Assembly: GCA_002774635.1 (NCBI GenBank)
Contig: PEXU01000049.1
Coordinates: 1-61,409 of the forward strand
Reading direction: 5' to 3'
Length of the DNA: 61,409 nt
Source: Candidatus Kerfeldbacteria bacterium CG08_land_8_20_14_0_20_40_16
GTDB lineage: Bacteria; Patescibacteriota; Patescibacteriia; UM-FILTER-42-10
Position 1 is the first letter of the stretch. The number at the start of each line of letters is the position of its first letter. Shown here piece after piece: positions 58,685 to 61,409 of this stretch. Under the pieces are notes generated by a model. That model made no database searches. It was not told the origin of the DNA and worked only from the letters and a program-made list of their open reading frames with translations. The translations under genes and the position numbers were made by a program.

Positions 58685-59247
58685 AATTCTATTCGGTCAA
58701 TCTTTATTACAGATTCATTATCTGAGTAATAATTTTGAAATGAGGGATACAACCAGTCTTTAGGATTATTAATCAATCCAGCCTGAACGGGATTATTATG
58801 AATATAATTCAGTTTCTGGACAAATTTTTCTTCTGAGTAGATATTAAAGTCGTAAAAACCTTTTTGCCAAAACTTACCTGAACGTTTAAGATAAGTGTTT
58901 ATTTTTCTGGCACTCGCTCCTTTTATTCTCTTTACTACGTAGGAAATGTCACTACGGGTAGGTTCGAATGAATTCGCCTCGGGCTTATTAGGTTCGAATG
59001 AATCCGAACCTACCCGTTTTTTCTCGAATGAATCCGAACCTACCCGTAACTGGATTAATAAATGAATATGATTCAACATTATAACGTAACCTAATAATTT
59101 ATATTTTAATTCATTCCTTAATTCATCTAAAACTTGAATGAAAACTTCACGACATTTTGTATCTGTAAATAAATTTAATTTTTCAATAGTATTAACAGTA
59201 ACAAAATGTACCTGATTCTCGATATTAAGCTTTGGTAAAACACCCAC
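58681..59247 (-). CDS. IS200/RAYT-like HUH (Y1) transposase
   Basis: HFVTVNT..., LLGYVIMLNHIHLLIQ (HUH), FWQKGFYDFNIYS...YIHNNPVQAGL. Overlaps the downstream gene by 4 nt. Confidence 0.8.
   Translation of the reverse strand: MGVLPKLNIENQVHFVTVNTIEKLNLFTDTKCREVFIQVLDELRNELKYKLLGYVIMLNHIHLLIQLRVGSDSFEKKRVGSDSFEPNKPEANSFEPTRSDISYVVKRIKGASARKINTYLKRSGKFWQKGFYDFNIYSEEKFVQKLNYIHNNPVQAGLINNPKDWLYPSFQNYYSDNESVIKIDRIEL
58956..59047. repeat. three tandem units of about 30 bp, in frame, inside the RAYT-like gene, each with palindromic arms
   Basis: tcgaatgaatccgaacctacccgt is identical at 58994-59017 and 59024-59047. taggttcg (58989-58996) pairs with cgaaccta (59005-59012). Confidence 0.85.
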
Positions 59248-59277
59248 GATTTGTTTATTATCTTTTCTTTAACAATA

Positions 59278-60543
59278 TCAATACTTATCCTTTTTATCAT
59301 TCTCTTTCACCAAAATAACAACCAACAATCCGGCGTACAGCCAAAAATAGACATAAAGAACTGTAACTGAAAAACTAAACATCCCCTGGATAAAGTAGGC
59401 TAGAATCCCGCCCAATAGGGCTAGGATAATCGCGGCCTTTTTTTTGTCTCTTGTTTGGAAAAAAGAACAGATTCCGTCTTTAAAAAGGCAGACTACTAAT
59501 AGAAAAAATGCCGCTGTTCCGACTATTCCCGTGGTTAAGAGCTGATCTAAAACTTCATTATGCGCTCGATCAACTCTTAATCCAAAATAACTGTAGACTC
59601 CCTGCAACGGCTGATAAGCGGGCATTAAAACATCTTTCTGGGTTTCCAAGCCATAGCCTAGAATCGGTTTTCCCTTAATAGCTATTATCGCTTGATTCCA
59701 CCAAATAGTCCGCAGAGCGCCAGATCCGTCCTGGGCATTAATGAATTGGCCAACCGTTCCGGTTAATATCACCAAAAATGATGCGATTAGTAATATTATT
59801 CCTGTAATTGCCAGCAAAAATTTCTTTTTTTGCTTAACCAAAATCATGATCAGTGCGAAAAGCAGAAATAAAACAAAGGCGATCCAGGCTGCTCTAGTCT
59901 TGGTAAGGATAAGCGCGCTGAACTCCATTATTAAAGTCAGCGCTGAAAAATATTTCTCAAAACGGCGAGACGAAATTATCAACAAGGCAAACGTCAGCGG
60001 AATAACCATTACCAAGTAAGCTCCCAGAAAACTGGGGTGCCCTAGAGTAGAGGCTACTCCCTGATCATATACCGGGAACCAAACCGGACGAATATTAAAG
60101 CACTCCAAAATTCCAACCAAACTTACTATCAAAGAGATTCCCGTTATCCAAAAGATTATTTGTTCTACCTGCTTTCGGCGTAATATTAATAGGACTAATG
60201 AAAAAAGTAACAAATACAACACAAATTGCAGCCACCCCTGTTGCCTTTCTGAGCCAAAAAAACTTAAAGAATGAGATTGTGAAAAAATCGTGGAAAGAGA
60301 AATAGCGATCAGATAAAATATAGTTAAAATAAAATAGGATTTACATTCTCGCCAGCACTTTTTAAAATCAAAATAAGATGAGGAATAAAAATAGAAAGAA
60401 ACTGCTACAGCAACTAAAATGAACAGTCTAGAAACAGATGTTTTGTTAAAGGTAAATTCACTATCGGAATAAACATTCAAAAAAAGCGGCAAACTAATTA
60501 TCAGCAAAACCAATAATGAATAAATTGTCTTTTGAGGATTCAT
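59278..60543 (-). CDS. O-antigen ligase/polymerase-like (Wzy_C) membrane protein
   Basis: TKTRAAWIAF...GYGLETQ...RAHNEVLDQLLTTGIVG. Confidence 0.8.
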   Translation of the reverse strand: MNPQKTIYSLLVLLIISLPLFLNVYSDSEFTFNKTSVSRLFILVAVAVSFYFYSSSYFDFKKCWRECKSYFILTIFYLIAISLSTIFSQSHSLSFFGSERQQGWLQFVLYLLLFSLVLLILRRKQVEQIIFWITGISLIVSLVGILECFNIRPVWFPVYDQGVASTLGHPSFLGAYLVMVIPLTFALLIISSRRFEKYFSALTLIMEFSALILTKTRAAWIAFVLFLLFALIMILVKQKKKFLLAITGIILLIASFLVILTGTVGQFINAQDGSGALRTIWWNQAIIAIKGKPILGYGLETQKDVLMPAYQPLQGVYSYFGLRVDRAHNEVLDQLLTTGIVGTAAFFLLVVCLFKDGICSFFQTRDKKKAAIILALLGGILAYFIQGMFSFSVTVLYVYFWLYAGLLVVILVKENDKKDKY

Positions 60544-60654
60544 ATCTTAATTATACCAGAATCTTAACAAGAGAAGCTGAAATACCCTCCGTCGCCCTGC
60601 CTAAACCAGGCCCTGACAGACAGATCAGTGTCCCCTTTCCTGGCTTCATAAAAA

Positions 60655-60706
60655 CCAAAAAGAGCCCTCATCTCCTTAAAGACTTCAGGGGACTCTTTTT
60701 GATTTT
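60655..60706 (-). terminator. terminator after pilin gene (flanked by A/T runs, possibly bidirectional)
   Basis: gagccctca...tcaggggactc imperfect stem, with ctttttggttttt following on the minus strand. Confidence 0.55.
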
Positions 60707-60715
60707 TCTTAAACT

Positions 60716-61171
60716 CTATAGTAGTCCAGAAGACGAAGCAGTGTGCGCTCCTAGAGGTAGGCTGCCTGAAGCCTGTTCCAATGAAAAGTAAATGCTATAA
60801 TCCGTTGCGCCGCTGTTCAGGTAAGAATAGTCACATCTTGTTGCTTGAGCAGGAGTACATCCTCCTGTGCTACTAGTTGGATCATTAATATTAGTTATGC
60901 CGCTTATATAGGTTGTTAGTCCATTAGATGTGCAAGCAGCTCCAGTCATAGCAGAAACTTCCTGTATCGAAGTACAAGTAGGATAGGATGCGAATTGATT
61001 AAAATACATCTCTAATCCGGTTTGTACTTGTCTGACATCAGCAATTCTCTTAGCGTCTCTAGAACTGGTTCTGGCACTATTTAAAGCCACTACAGCAATA
61101 GTAGCCAATAAACCAATAATGGCGATAACTACCAATAACTCGATTAAGGTAAAGCCTTTTTTGTTTCTCAT
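60716..61171 (-). CDS. type IV major-pilin-like protein
   Basis: MRNKKG/FTLIELLVVIAIIGLLATIAVVALNSAR canonical prepilin N-terminus. Strong SD GGAGGTG 5 nt upstream of the ATG. Confidence 0.9.
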   Translation of the reverse strand: MRNKKGFTLIELLVVIAIIGLLATIAVVALNSARTSSRDAKRIADVRQVQTGLEMYFNQFASYPTCTSIQEVSAMTGAACTSNGLTTYISGITNINDPTSSTGGCTPAQATRCDYSYLNSGATDYSIYFSLEQASGSLPLGAHTASSSGLL

Positions 61172-61245
61172 TTTCTCACCTCCTTCCTCTTGTTTGTGGT
61201 TTTAATTATTAAAACTATATTGTTTCGAGTAAAACAGCTAATATA

Positions 61246-61274
61246 ATATTAACAAAATTTTCCCTATTTGTCAA
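61246..61274 (-). promoter_or_regulatory. candidate sigma70-type promoter of the pilin gene
   Basis: Minus strand reads TTGACA-17 nt-TAATAT, about 75 nt upstream of the ATG. Confidence 0.5.
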
Positions 61275-61409
61275 ACCACTCAATCTGGGTTATCAACAAC
61301 TATTATTATAGCAGAAAACGGCAAGGTAGTAAATAGCGACTGGTAATGTCCACACACATATGGCGGTTTTCCCTCTGAGCCGTTAGGCTTGGGAAATGAG
61401 TATAAATAT

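Noticed and set aside
60590-60650. GC-rich segment gccctgcctaaaccaggccctgacag downstream of the pilin gene as another hairpin module
   Set aside because: It only loosely resembles the CCTGCC-type modules, and I could not find a convincing stem of comparable quality.

Overview
AT-rich bacterial fragment. The gene content looks like a Candidate Phyla Radiation (Patescibacteria)-type genome, which is my inference. The supporting features are a str/S10/spc ribosomal superoperon with no L30 gene, a DUF5667-like secreted protein, many type IV pilin-like genes and a surface-glycan cluster.

Layout:
- 1-2000: asnS 5' part and two small envelope proteins.
- 2000-4400: a visibly GC-rich, hairpin-dense block, a large serine recombinase bracketed by 87-bp inverted repeats, tRNA-Lys(UUU) and a tRNA-Lys fragment.
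- 4590-8760: FtsX/ABC pair, an APH-family kinase cassette and a lipoprotein.
- 9241-14425: dnaB, ybaB-like, recR, rplU, a GT4/MraY-family transferase, ruvX and a frameshifted Mpv17/PMP22-family gene.
- 14497-32244 (minus strand): rpsL-rpsG-fusA-(PEGA gene)-tuf-rpsJ...rplO-secY-adk-map.
- 32440-37116: M50 protease, rpmB, MscS and a P-type ATPase.
- 37738-38128: a tRNA-Pro(GGG) nested inside a second tRNA-Pro copy that is interrupted by insertions.
- 38270-43779: ndk, a receiver domain, gatCA and ligA.
- 43876-48158: four pilin-like genes plus the prepilin peptidase.
- 48158-60543: a glycosylation cluster with a RAYT-like transposase.
- 60716-61171: a major-pilin-like gene.

The most unusual material is non-coding. 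It comprises the tRNA-derived, GC-rich hairpin-module loci at about 2.0-4.4 kb and 37.7-38.1 kb and their link to the serine recombinase. No CRISPR array and no rRNA were seen.
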